Assembly (NCBI GenBank): GCA_016748015.1
Contig: JAAOMT010000659.1
Coordinates: 375,222-439,221, forward strand
Origin: Geosiphon pyriformis uo1
Taxonomy: Eukaryota > Fungi > Glomeromycota
Length of the DNA stretch: 64,000 bases
Reading direction: 5' to 3'
The notes under the pieces are model-generated. The model searched no databases. It was not told the DNA's origin and worked only from the letters and a program-made list of their open reading frames with translations. A program made the position numbers and the translations under genes. Shown here piece after piece: positions 13,242 through 26,900 of this stretch (positions are counted from its first letter, which is position 1; each line of letters begins with the position of its first letter).

Positions 13242-16200
13242 GAGGTGAAAATGGTTTAATGGACGAAATACTCAGTTCGTTGAATTCAGCCGCGACTAAA
13301 GAAAATGGTATTTTTCTCTCATCACTCATAACATTAATGACTTCATAGAAGAAAATCTCGAAATTTTATTTATTTTTTTTGCCGTTTGTTGTGTCAATAT
13401 TTGTAAACAAATATGTTTGTGATCGACCCGAAGAATTATTCCTATCTTTGGATTTTATTTATGAAATATATCTATCATAATTAACCATTAAATGATTTTC
13501 ATTCAATAGAAAGTATGAGTGTACTCGACCCTGATTTTAGCCTTGTCTTGGAATTATCACGGAGGCTTGATTTCTCATCGAGCGATCCTTTACCAACTGC
13601 CGCTTCCCCGACGAACCCCTCATCATATTACACTACTTCTTCATTTGCAAATCAGGGCACCACTTCCACAAACAACACCAATCCTTCTCAAAACAATTTA
13701 TATGCTCGATTCAATATTCCCACAACTTTTCCTAATAATATTTCTACTCTTCAGTCAACAAACAATTTACCGGGAAATAATTCCGCGGAAAACAACAGCA
13801 CCAAGAAAAATGCGGACTTAAAAAAACCATTGGATAGTGGAGAAGAAACCGAAGAAAGTTCAAGTAGTAGCAGCGAAGATAAGCGTAAAAAAAAGAAAAA
13901 GAGCATGCGCAAAAAAAAATCGAAACGGAATAACAGAAGAAAGAAGCGAGTTGATAGTGGCGAAAGTGATTCCGAAAGTGATTCAGGCTCAGATTCGAAT
14001 GAAGATGAAAAACATAAGCCCGGTCATCAGAAAAAAACCAGCGATCCTGCTGTTGAAGCTTTCATCGCCCGTCGCAAAGAAGTTACCCAAAAAATTTCTG
14101 CTGTGGAAAATTGGGTACAAGCAGTTGATCCACATGATGGTGAAAATAATGTGCTTGATAGGATGAAGGATCGGCATCGTGTAGAAGCACGTGCAGTAAT
14201 CCCACCTCCTACAGTACTTCCGCCACAAATTTATGGTCATCCCGATGACGATAGATATTACCGAAGTGATGAGTGGGGCCATGATCGATATGATCGTAAC
14301 GACAGATATGATGCACCACATCTTCTCCCTAGAGATCCTAGGATAATTCCAGGACCTGGGGATGAATATCGTGATAGGGATGATTACAGATATCAAACAC
14401 CACCACCAGCAGGAGCAGCACTACCACCACCACCACCACCACCACCACCACCAATTCCCAGAGATCATCGAGTGGCAGGCGGTTTTATTGACGACAGGGA
14501 TGCAAGAGATTTGAGAGATCCTCGTGGTAATGGATATGGCCTTGAATATCGTGATGACTATAGGCTTGGTCCTCGACAGGCTGGACCTCGAGGTCATTAC
14601 ATAGATGACAGAGATCGGATTGCGTATGACGATCGACCCTCTCAGGAGGATATTCGTAATAGAGTTCCAAATGGTCCTCCAACTTGGCCAAGAAATCCCG
14701 AAGCTTCATACATGAGGCGTGATGTGCTTAATGGTCAATATTCTGGACGCTCTTCAAATCCTTCGTCTAATAGTGATATTGTTTATGGATCTAGGCCGCA
14801 AGGTGGGTCTTCTGGACACTCCTCTAATGGTGATGAGATACCATTGGGGCAAAAATACCTTGAAGAGCCCAAGTCTAAACGTGTTGCTTCAAGTAATCAA
14901 TTATCAGCCGAAACTTCCTCCTCAAACTCATCAACAAAAGATGAGTCGAGTTTTAATAAAAAATCTTCAACCGATTATCCCCCTAATGTACGAAAAATTG
15001 GATCTACCCAATTAGTTTCTCATAAAAATTCATTCTCCTCAAAAAGTAGTGCATCTCCTATAAAAGACAAGTTTCGAGACGAAGCATCTTCAAAACCAAC
15101 CACAAAATCAAATAGCGCTCATTCCCGACAATCTTCATTCTCTTCAAACACTGGTATCACACCTCATAATCAACCAGGTGGTAACGAATCACCACTAAGA
15201 CAGGAATTTCGTCAAGATCAACTAAGTAAAAGGGGTTCTTACGATGCTTTAGTGGCTTCTTCACGCCGTTCTTCGATTTCGGACCCAGAAGGCACATTAT
15301 CATCAAAGCAACATTATGCAGAGAATTTATCACCGAAAAACCGGGAAATTCCTAGGAATAGGCGTTCTCCTCAACTTGATTCTGAAGCTTCATCCGATGA
15401 GGATCAAAAACCTTTGGGACGTACAAACTATCCCAATAAGGGGGCTTTCTATCGACCTGATCAAAATGAACGTCAACCATATAGCGAACAAGAATCAGAC
15501 GATGAACCATCATTAAATTTACGTAAGAACAACAATAGAACTAATTCACGAAGACAACTTGGTGGAAGAAATCGAACTGGAAACTACCAAGTGGCACCAT
15601 CAGATGATTCATCTAGTGAGGAATCTGCCCGAAACAGTGATAATGATACAATTCCATCAAGGGGCGGACGTTTTCCTCAAGGTAATTCAAATTCTTTGCC
15701 TCCTCATTTACGCCAAGAATATTATGGTGGGCCATCCAACGGATTTTCTCGTCCTGAGTCGTATGATTCACGCGCTGGTGGTCCACCTCCAAGGTATGGA
15801 CCAAATGGATACCGAGAGGAGCCAGTCAATCGCTATCCACCTGGACGAGATGAAATAGGTAAAAGTTTTTTTTTTACATAAAACAAACATTCAAATAATT
15901 TTTTTTTTAAGTAATTGTTGACTAAAGCTCCTGATATTTTATATGAATATTTTCAGGTGCAAGATATCCCCCACCTGCACCTCTTGGTTACCGGGAAGAA
16001 CCTCCGGCAAGATATCCTGGCACACCATATCAAGACGAGCCTGCCACTTATGATGTTAGACAACCATATCCAACATACCGTGAGGAGCCTCCTTATGAAA
16101 CACCACGTGGAAGATTCCCAGCAGCTCGTGCTCTACCACTTATTGAACAAACAACTCCTGAGATACCGCAAGGGGGGAAAAAAGTGCCTTTGATTGAAAT

Positions 16201-16678
16201 GGCTGGTTATCGCTATGATCCTAGCAAACGAAATTCACCGATGCAACCAAATCAACACAATCAACCATTTCTTGCCAATTTGGGTTCAAAAATAAGATCA
16301 CCTTCCCCTTTACGATATGATGGTCCAGCAAGAACAATTTCACCTCCACCAGCACTAAATCGTGGATATTATCAGCCTCGAGAACGAGGACCATTCCCAC
16401 CAGATAATAATATGATGGGACCGGGACCGGGTCCGGGACCAGTACCAGGATATAGAGGTCGAGATTTTGGGCCACGCGACCCAATAGAAAGGAGAGATTA
16501 TCCTCAAGATAGAGCTCCACCGATCAGAAATCTCACGGCTCCAATTCCTCGTGGCGGCAAAAATTTTGGTAATGATGGACAATATTCTAATAGACGTGAT
16601 GTTTACGGGGAAAGGCAACAGGGATATAATGATCGTTATGGAGATAGATATAACGGTGGTTATGGTTACGAGGACTAA
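13001..16678 (+). CDS. Uncharacterised 1125-aa low-complexity/disordered protein (3 exons)
   Basis: Exons 13001-13307, 13510-15858, 15957-16678 join in phase through GT..AG introns. Contains a poly-Asn tract, a basic NLS-like KRKKKKKSMRKKKSKR, R/D/Y/P/G-rich repeats and a YG-rich C-terminus; no recognisable globular domain. Confidence 0.8.
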
Positions 16679-18981
16679 AGAGTTTGGGTGAACTATTAAA
16701 AGAAAAGCCATGTCAAATTTAATTTTCTCCGAGATTTTGGAATTTTCTAATTTAGAAGTGTTAGTTAATTTTGGGCTAATAAATAACGCCTTCTTATAAT
16801 CATGCTTGGGTACATATTATATACATATAAATATCAGTATAAAAACTCTCACTCTCACTCTATATTTAGATATATTTAAAGAGCTTCTTTCCCTTCCTAA
16901 TCGATTTTCTTGCACCTCATTGTTAAATATACCAGAGATTACAAAAACAACCTTTTCTATTTTTATTATAAATACAATTTAGATCAATTATAATTTTTAA
17001 ATATTAGGACAGTCTCCTAGAAAAAACTAAATATCTTTGTACAGATTTCGCGGCATAGATAGATATATTATATACGAATGAGAAAAGTTTTACCAACTTA
17101 TAAATTAGTTATTTTTCACTATTAGTACCACTACCGTTATAATTAATATAGTTCTTAATACATCAGATCAAACAGATTTTTGTTTACCTTTCTTTGAAAG
17201 AAATAAATAAATCTTTGTAGTATTGCTAGATTTTGATGCAAAAAATTAGGGTTTCTTGTTAGACCAATGAAGCTTTATAAGTGATATTCGATACATTATC
17301 TATTTTAGGTCAACTGTGGTCACACTTGAAAATATACACACCTGGTATTGAAAGCCACTCTCGGGGAATTCGTGAGTATGGGCATACCAATATCTCTGTA
17401 AACTTTGGCAAATCCATCGACACAGCCAGGTTATCCTATTTCCTTGTATGGACCTTGTGGATAGTGCAAAATTGTCAAACAATCAAAATAATTATGCACT
17501 TGATGGGGTCGGCATGATGATTTGATGAGCTATTTTTACTAATGATAAATTTAACACAACATGGATCACTGTTATCATTAAACAATTTGAAAGTCAGTAA
17601 AACAAAAGCCACTTTCAAGGAAAATGATCCCTTTTATTCTCTCTTCTCTTACGCAACCACCCATTATCTTTCAAACGACCACTGATACTGATGCCTAAAG
17701 TTTTTGAACAAAATAATAATAAATTATAAACATCAAACCAAATCAAGGTATTTGTCGTATAAATTTGATATGATGCTTTTCTTTATTTGGGAAAGCAAAA
17801 ATTCAAGCATTAAACCATTTATCTTTCCGGATTACGGGAAGAAGCATTTCAAAAAAATACCGTGTTTTTTTCAAGGTATCAAAACTAACAGCAAAAACAT
17901 CTTTTAGAGTTTCGCGAAGTATGCTTGACGTAAACCTCTTTTCTGATGATGCTGCCCAAGATAACTCCATTCGTGAAATTATGAGCTAGTCTGAAATTAT
18001 GATTCTACAAACACATTCTCAAAACTTTTCCGTGTGCGGGTATTCTCAATAAATCTCCGAGAATTCTTTGATAGAATTCCGTCGAAACGACTTTTATGAT
18101 ATGGTTTTCAAAGTCGGTAACGAGATAAGCTTGAGTTGAATTTTTATCATAGAAGAACCGCGACATTTTCAGCTAACTTTTATCTCACCCATTTGCTCCT
18201 TATTTATTCACTTTTGCCAACTCAGCACATTCTCTTTGATGATCTTCTAGATCGACGCCTATATTGTGTATTGATTGTTTTGTGACCGGGACTTTCCGGT
18301 AAATTCACCACCAACTGCTTTCATTCATCCTTACCATTTTCGTCTGCTTCTTGCATAATTTCGCACACTGTCATTCGCTAGTCACTCGCCACAAAATACA
18401 GTTTTTTCTGTACTCCTTATTTTAGGAAACGGCAACCCCCATTTGTTTGTGCTTGCGTAACCTAAACAAGAAACTCAAACTCATCATTCCCAATATCTGA
18501 TTTTATCAGCTGGCATTTTTATCTCTTGACCTCTGTCTCTAAGTTTGACTTGCTCTTATTTTATTTCTTACCACTGTCTCGCACTTTTGGCTTTGGACTC
18601 CAGGCTTGACTAGTTTTGCTTCCTCTTTACCGCTGAGACGAATAAAAAAATAAACGGTGAGTATTTATAATTTTTTTTTTATTTTCTTTATTATTGGGTG
18701 ACGATACTGTAGTTTTCTTCAATCCTACTATCAATTCTTTGTAGCCCTTTTACCTTGGTGTTTTTATCCTTTCTAGTATTTTTTGTACTATTCACTTGAA
18801 TTCTTATTTCTAGTTTCCTCTCGATTTATTATGGTTTCTGCGGGAAGTTAGTGTTGACTTGGAGTGTGGGAAATTTACTTTTTTAGGAAAGAAAAAATAT
18901 AGAATACTATTAAGAGTTGGTTGCTAATTTTTTTTATTTAAATTTTAGTGTGAAGTTAAGAAAAAAAAAAACAGAAAAAAA

Positions 18982-21073
18982 ATGAGGCCTACCGAAAATA
19001 ATATGTATGAAACAGACGATGCGGATACTATTCGCGGTGACTCATCGGACGGGTCTGCTTATTGTGACTCGAATAATAAGAGAAAGAGGGGGGGGGGATC
19101 AGATGATGGGTTTGGAAGTTCGAGTTCAGGTTTATCTGAACCACCCACTGACACTTCTGATACAGATTATGAGCAAAAGAAGACTAAAGCACTTTCGCCA
19201 ATAAAAAGTATAAGATCACCTGCCAACATGCCTGTAAAAAGAGGTCGAGGTAGACCAAAAAAAGATCAAAGCTTGATTCATACTCCAAAAGTAACCCGAG
19301 GTCAACGTGGACGGATACCAAACCCAAAACCCGCACCGATAACAATACCTAATCGTAAAGTTGGTCGTGCTAAACGAAAAAGCTTGGATCCTGAAGATGT
19401 TAAGGCGACCGATAGGGCTGGGCAAACAAATTTACACATCGCCTGTCAAAAAAATAAATTAGATCTAGTCAAGGATTTGGTTCTTCGAGGAGCTGATATC
19501 AACGCGAAAGACAATGGTGATTGGACACCACTTCATGAAGCTGCATATGCCGGACATATTGAAATCGTCGAATTTTTACTGGAGAATGGGGCATTTGTTA
19601 ATGCTGTTGATTATCAAGGAGATACTCCATTGCATGATGCATGTTATGAAGACCACCCTAAAGTAGTAAAACTGCTCTTGGAATATGGAGCTGACGCGGA
19701 GAAAACAAACGACAAACACAAGTACCCAATAGATGTAATTAAAAGTGATGAGGTTAAGGGTCTATTAAATACTCCTGTTGATGAGCCAAAAACCCCTCGA
19801 GTGAATACACAACCACCGATTACTCCAAGCTTGAGTGTGGCATTTGGGTCATTAAATACCAATGAACCAAGTTCACCTACAATAAAAAAGCCCACAAGAT
19901 CAAAAAGTCATAGAGAAGAAGGACAAAAAATGAGATTTTCTACACGGAACCAACGTGCAGCAGTTCCAAATGATGCTCTTCGTCTTGAACCCCGCTTTCA
20001 AGACAAGGAAACTGGAAGAACACATCTTCATAATCACGCAAAGAGAGGACGTGTTCAAGAAATTAGCCTCTTGTTAGAAACTTGTGCAAATCCAAATGCG
20101 AAAGATCATGATGGGCGAACTCCATTGCATGATGCCGCTTTTGAAGGTCATTTTGATGCAGTGCAAGTACTTTTAGCTTTCAAAGGTGATCCGAATATCG
20201 AAGATAGGACCAAAAAAAATACTCCTCTTCATGAAGCTGCTCGAAAAGGCCATGTTACAATTGTAGATTTATTGCTTCAAGCTGGAGCTCAACCGAATTT
20301 AAAAAATCTTGAAGGAATAACTCCCCTTAATATTGCCAAATCAGAAGAAGTAAAAATTATTATAAAGCGGTTTTTAACAGAAAAAGGCATATCTCTTGAT
20401 GAAGAATCAGAGTAAGCCTTATTTTCAAAATAACTACTTAGAATTTTGGACAAGGAAAATTTCTAATATCCACATTTTGATTTCAAAATTTAGAAAAAAA
20501 ATGAACTCTCGTCCTTCCCCCAAATCACCAAGATCAATAAAATCACTCAATGGAGGAAATTCGGGAAATGAAGATTTTATGATTTTAGACTTTGATGTGG
20601 GTAAACACAAAACCAATGGGAACAATGGGCGTAATGGCCAAAATAATGGGATTGAAAATTTTAGGCTCTCTTCGCCTATTAAAATCACACCCAAAAATGG
20701 TCGTTCTAAAGTACATGGCAAAGTTGGAACTTATCGAGGCATTTATCAAATGGACCTAGAATATGATGAAGACGATGAATCAGATGAGGAAACACCAACC
20801 CCTACACGTATTGCTACGACAAGAACTACTGCAGCCAGGTTCACCGCGAAGCGAAATTCGTCTTCACACACATCTACTCCACGAACCAGTGAATCATCTA
20901 AAGTTATACCTTTACCATCATCACCATCTTCCACCCAAACAAAAAAAACGACTGACAATAACAATTCTAATTTTGATCCTCCTTCAGCACCAACTAAAGC
21001 AACTTCATTTAAATTACCTGCGAAATTTCAAACGAAAATATCAAATTCATGTATGATACAGCCGGAAGAATGA
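18982..21073 (+). CDS. AT-hook plus ankyrin-repeat nuclear protein (Hos4/ANKRD11-12/BCOR-like ankyrins), 669 aa
   Basis: Exons 18982-20411 and 20494-21073 join in phase. KRGRGRPKK AT-hook; two ankyrin clusters (GQTNLHIAC, WTPLHEAA, GDTPLHDAC; GRTHLH, GRTPLHDAA, NTPLHEAA). Probable 5'UTR intron about 18657-18948. Confidence 0.85.
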
Positions 21074-21799
21074 AGGCATGGTTACAATTTTTATTATGAC
21101 AAAAAATTTGATTTTCAAGTTTATCATTTTTTAATGCTAGCTAGTTCCTTTCATGCTTTAGGTGGTGATACTATGTAAATATTTTGCCACGTACAATCTA
21201 TTTCAAATCAATGGGAATTTCGAAAAACAAAACCTTAGAAGTGATGTTGGAGCCCACATAAAATAAATATGGGGATAGCATCAATTGTTTATTTGTCCTC
21301 GAAATTAAGAATTGGCGTATAATCATACTGAGCAAAAAGCTTTTAGAGAAGATGAAAATTTAATAAATGCAAAAACCCGAAAAACAAATAAAATTCCTGT
21401 ACCTGTAGATACTCTCGAGTTCGAGCTTTTTTATTGCAATCACATTTGGTTGATGCAACACTTTTGTTGACAATGTGTAGAGAAAATCATGATTTGCTTT
21501 GTTTCATAAATTCTGATATAAAATCCAATTTACACTTTCCCGCCTAGTCTGAATTGCATGGGAATCAACTTTAAATTATAATATGAATAGAATGTCTAGT
21601 CTGCGTAATTGAAAAACAAAATGATTTCTATAATTTGATACTAATTGTAACTGAATCGAGTCTTAGATTTGACGAAAAATAAATCTGAAGAAAAGCTTAT
21701 CACGTTAAATTGGATGGATAAATTAATTATGAGATATTGTAATTACATTACCTCCTCACTCAATATTAATATAAAAAGTGAACATTTATGGTTGTACTA

Positions 21800-22870
21800 T
21801 TATTCCCTTCGCAAATTATCAAGCCTTGCCTGCAAGGCTGCATCATTGTTAGACTCCGATTCAACAGTTTGTGCGATTCTCTCAGTTGCATTGACTCTTT
21901 CAATAGAGCTCGGTGCGTCTACAAGCTGTGGAATCCGTTAGAATTTGAATTTGCAAAATGACAAATAGAAGAATGCAGTAACCACATACAGATTGATCTA
22001 AAGTGATGCCAATCTCATCTAATACTTGATTCACTATCATGTCAGTTTCTTCCTCGTCCTCCTCATCCTCCATAGTATCGTCAATTGCATCGTTCATCAT
22101 ATCCTCTTTCATGTCCATGAGTTCTGATTCTTTTTCAAACTCCATCATAATCTTTGTGATAGCAGGTAGGTTCATCTGACGGTTCATCGATTTCATTGCC
22201 TAAATATACTTAGATATTAGTGGATGAAATAGGGTTTAGATAGAAGTAAATTTATACCTTGGTTGCTCCTTTCATTGCCTCTGCCATTTGTTGATTTGAT
22301 CTCAGGGTCTAACCAAAATTTAAGGTATTATTATTGATGAGAAAAGTGCTTTGGCGGGAAAGATAAGCAGAGACATCAGCGTGCACCTGGATCCTCAAAG
22401 ATACTGCTTGAAGTTGAGTTTTCATTGCCTGGAATTTGGACGCGTAACGCCGAGTTCGAACCAAGTCTTTAGCCATTATTTTGGTTGCATTCTGTGAAAA
22501 TGTCAATGTAAAAATATGTATATAATGAGCAAAAGAAATAAAAGCATTCCTGAATTGGAACAATTTATTAAAGAAAATTTCCGTGTAAAATAATACCATC
22601 TGGTTTGCTTTAGCTGCTTTCTTGATGTCTATGATGAGCTTCTTTTCTTGCTGTTCAAGTTTTACTTTCTCACGGTCCAATTCTCGCTGTGCTTTCTGAA
22701 GCGCACGTTGATGCTGTCGCAGCATTTCTGCTGGAGTTTTTCGACGTCCAAAAAGCATTTCCTTTTTGAACAAATGTGAAGAAAGTTCACAAGTTGTTTC
22801 GCTTTTTACAGTAACCCCCCCCCCCCCCCCCCCCCCATCATAGAAGCAGTGAAAATAAAAATACCATCAT
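21800..22870 (-). CDS. VPS2: ESCRT-III subunit Vps2/Did4 (CHMP2A), about 220 aa
   Basis: Exons 22870-22865, 22761-22597, 22491-22387, 22308-22258, 22199-21990, 21925-21800. Motifs LFGRRKTPAEMLR, MAKDLVRTRRY, MNRQMNLP, VNQVLDEIG and C-terminal LQARLDNLRRE*. Confidence 0.95.
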
Positions 22871-23095
22871 AGTGAATAAGTTTATTAGCAGAATAAATCT
22901 ATTGAGAGTGGAGGTGTTCGCTTTAATAATAGGAAGGAAAAGGTTGTGATATGTATTGTGTTGCAAAGTAGCTAAGTAGGAAATTGTTGATGTTAAATTA
23001 ATCTCTACTGTAACACAAAGGTTTGTAAAACTTGCACCACGTGGTCTCGAACATTAAAAATAAGGCGCGTCAGTCATTCCATAGAAACAATTAAA
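22871..23095. promoter_or_regulatory. Compact bidirectional promoter between VPS2 and PET191
   Basis: 225 bp between divergent start codons; palindromic CCACGTGG (E-box) at 23037-23044. Confidence 0.5.
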
Positions 23096-23471
23096 ATGCC
23101 CTCCTCGTGCAAAGAGGTTCGCCTTATCTCTTTGCTGCTTAGCTTTTAGTGGGTTCTTATAAAAGGAAGAGTTCAACCATAACTTATCAAACCCTACCAC
23201 TTAGATCCGGCAGGCGCTCGTTGAATGTTTGCTAGAATCAGAGTGTGTTAGGCTGAACCGCATTACTCCTAAAGAATGTTTGCAACCTGAAAACGCTCAC
23301 TTAATAAGTGAGTGCCAAGCGATACGAAGAAGTCTGTTTGAGTGTAAAAGATCACAGGTATTGAATTCTTGTCAGCAAGCAACACATTAAGAAACTCTGT
23401 TTCTGTTTATTCATGCTGTCTTGTTTCCCAAGCTGGACATGAGGACTCGATTTAGAGGAAATAAATTCTGA
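23096..23471 (+). CDS. PET191: Cytochrome c oxidase assembly factor Pet191/COA5 (70 aa, 3 exons)
   Basis: Exons 23096-23116, 23205-23357, 23433-23471 give MPSSCKEIRQALVECLLESECVRLNRITPKECLQPENAHLISECQAIRRSLFECKRSQLDMRTRFRGNKF*, with Cx9C spacing and the ECKR..LDMR.RFRGN family signature. Confidence 0.93.
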
Positions 23472-23955
23472 TGACAGAAATAGCGGGTTTTTGATTCTGA
23501 TACCAAGAATTTTATCTTTTAATAAAAATATAATACCGTTGTGAATTTCTAATTTACGTTTTCACTCAAAAATAATTTTAACTCGAGTGGGATATTTTAA
23601 AGTCCTTTCTAATTATCAATTATCTTAAAATTTAAATAATTTGCATTAAATAATATGCAAAACGTAAATTAAATATTAATTAAAGCTCTAATATACATAA
23701 TTGAAATCCAGACAATATTTAGCCCCTTTTGTGGAAGCTGTATTTTTACGTATCTTCCGTCTTAATATTTTCTGTTAGCCACTATTGTGCATAATTTTGT
23801 TGTAAAAATACCTGTTGAGAATAGACTCACGATTAATGGAAAAATGAATGTTTAAGTATACTTTGTTCCTGAAAAGTTCAATTCTGCATCTAATTATGCT
23901 TCATTATCAACACATAATTCTTAGAAGATATCTCCTGTCGTTAGATCAACATTGT

Positions 23956-26900
23956 TTAAGCGAAAGAAGCGTCCAACCCTCCAGTTAATAGCATGTCAAA
24001 CGTTGTTAACTTTTCTTTTTCTTTTTTTCTGCTACTTTGCCGATTGCTTTGGGGCCTTTTTACTGAATCTTCTGTCGAAGAAACTGTTGATGTAGAAGAC
24101 CTATTACTTTTTTGTTTCTCTTTTTCTTTTTTTGACTTCGATGTCTTTGGTAAAGAATGAATGTTTGGTGAATGAAACAGAGGATCTGCTGTAATAATAC
24201 GTCTGGGCTGTGCCGGCCGCGTAGATGAAGAAACTGAGAAAGTGGATTGCCGAATAGGTTTCAAATCTTTTGGGTACCGTCAAAATTAATTTGAAATGAA
24301 TGATATTTAAAAAATCCAAATAAAGATAATATAAACATACGTTGTACAACCACGTTATTATAGGACATTCGAATTCCATTCGCCAATGCAGAGATAGCAT
24401 CTTCAATTCTGGTCTTCCATTCAATCTTTTCTTCTTGACTTTTAGCTCGGACAAAATGAGAACGGGGAACATCATTTTGATCTTTGGTAATGATTTGAAA
24501 GCAATATGGTTGATCTGCCTGCCCATCTTCAATATCTTTGTAGGTGGCAAATGCCAGATCAACTTGACCTTTGTATTTGTATTTTCCTTGAAGATCAGAG
24601 CAGAACAAGAGGATATCGTTAAATAGAAAGTGTGTCCGTACATCTAGGCTACTTTGATATTGGTAACTTCCTGGAATTCGATAACTTCCGGGTGTTCGAT
24701 GCGTGACTTTGAATAAATCGCCTTTGTAAATAAATCTACGTGCCGGCTTTACAATTGCGTGCGGCAAATCCTCCACTTGAAATTGTATTTCGATTACCTT
24801 TTGTTGATTTTCGGCGTCACGAATCCTGTTGAGTGAAATGAGTTATAACAATGGATCGAAATGATTTCAAAATTGATTGCTATATACGTGTCATACTTTT
24901 CATTCACGTCTTCCGCGATCACGCTTATTTGCTGAACGCATTTCTTCAAATCTGAATAATCAGGGTGAGATTCATGAGTATATTTGAATAAAGCTTCCAG
25001 TAATAATTTGTATCGCGGAATACGTTGTGCAGGCAAAATCAAAAACGAATTCAATGCCAGCCCGTTAAGCATTGGCTTCTCTGAACAATTCTATATAAAG
25101 TTTAGAAACATTAACCCACACTAATAAGAGATATACCCAATAGCAAATGATACTTGGAAAGAGTACCGTGAGAAACTTTTTGAATGACTGGCTTTCTTTG
25201 TTGAGTCTTTCCATTGTTGCCAGGGCTTGGGGAAAGCTTTTCAAATATGTTGTGTACATTTTAAGGTACGGTGCCTATGTACAATATGAAGATTTAATGT
25301 TTATCTAAAAATTTTGATAATACTGACAATACATACAATTTGCAAAAAAATGTCACTGATTAATTCGTTTGGGCTCCAATTGCTGTACCTAGGAAATGTA
25401 AATAATATGAGAATTGGTTAGAGGTATTTTTCAATTAGCTTCGAGTGAGACTATTAAAGAAAATAATTTTCAGCACACCTCTCCTCCAACTGTTTGAGCA
25501 ATTGTTCATGTAATGACAATAACTGCTCAATATTACCAAACAAAGCTGTAATGTCTTCTAAAGATGCCATTGGCTTGGTTGAAAGGATCACATTCTTTGA
25601 GGTAGCTTTGTGATAGTTTTCTCTCAACGGAATCAAAAAAACATTGACAACTTTTCTAAGGCCATCAACATAAGTACGCTCCGTTGTTATAATTTCTTTG
25701 ACTGCAGCCTCACGTTTTCTGTTCCTAGAAGCGTCAGCATCTATTTCTGCAGAACATTTTAAGTAAGCAACTTCAAAATGTATCTTAAGATTCTTTTGAG
25801 AATTATCATATAGAATCTAATGATTTTGCATTAAGATAAACCATGAATATACCTGATTGTTGATCTACAGAGGGTGATAATTGAGACTCTGAAGGAGCTG
25901 TTTGGGTTTGTATTAAATTATATTGATGAAGTCGGACTGATCTTGACGCAATAGATTGAGTTGATTGAGGATTTTCAGAAGATTCGGAAGAGGTTGATAT
26001 TCCAGATTCCGAACCTCGTGACTGGAGCTGATAATCTTCCTGCCAATAAAAATCATTAACATCCTGAATATAAAGTTCATTTTGAGGAGCGTAGTCTTGT
26101 GGATGGGAAGTTGGGGAAAAATTAGATTCGAGCTCTTGTTGTGGGTATTTTGGTCGCGAACTATTATCTCGATAATAATTATTAAAATCGGCTGGAGTTT
26201 GTTGTTGAAACTTCGCTTCCTGCTCTAAACTCTCTTGTATTTGTTTTAGTTCTTGATGTGAGTTGCGAAAGTTATAAATATTAAAAAGAGGTAAATCAGG
26301 TGAAAGAGAATTACTCTCATCATGATAAGCATCAAAGACTTCATCGATAATATCATATCCAGCTGTAACGTTAAAGGCAGTGGGAACATCTTCAATACCA
26401 GTGGAAGTATGATAAATGGAATGTGTTTCAGTAAATTCTGAATTAGACTTCGGTTGAGAATGATTAACCTTTTTATCTGTTTTAGAGGATGATAAAGAGA
26501 TCGATGATCTATTGGAGGAGGGTAAAGAGGAAGATCGAGAACTAATTATTAAATTATTCTCATAAAAAGAATCTGGAGTGGTTACAAAATCTAAGGAGCC
26601 ATTTCTACTGTAAGAAACTATTGAATTAGATAACGTGGGGGAATGTGATGGTGTTATTCGAGGTGAGTTTACCGGAGTAGTTGAATTTTGATTTAAGGCA
26701 TTAGTGGAAGGTGCTAAAAAAGGTGAAGGTGGATTGGAAAAATATGATGGCTGTTGATGAATTGAGTATGGCTGCAAACCAGGTGATGTGAGTGGTGAAT
26801 TGCCATTTTGTGTTGAAGATCCTTGCCGAGAAGTATTTGATAATTGAAATTCATTAGATGGCTGGAGATAAGGCAAAGGAGGCGGATAGGAAGGACTAGT

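Noticed and set aside
13519-16711. Overlapping alternative-frame and antisense ORFs in the large low-complexity gene
   Set aside because: Shadow ORFs of a stop-poor coding region.
17980-18300. RNase P/MRP-like motifs on the minus strand (GGAAAGTCCC, TTCAGACTA)
   Set aside because: The two motifs are not complementary as the P4 helix requires.
23040-23500. U3 snoRNA-like boxes or telomerase-template-like AAACCCTA
   Set aside because: Fully explained by the spliced PET191 gene; there is no closing stem or adequate template.
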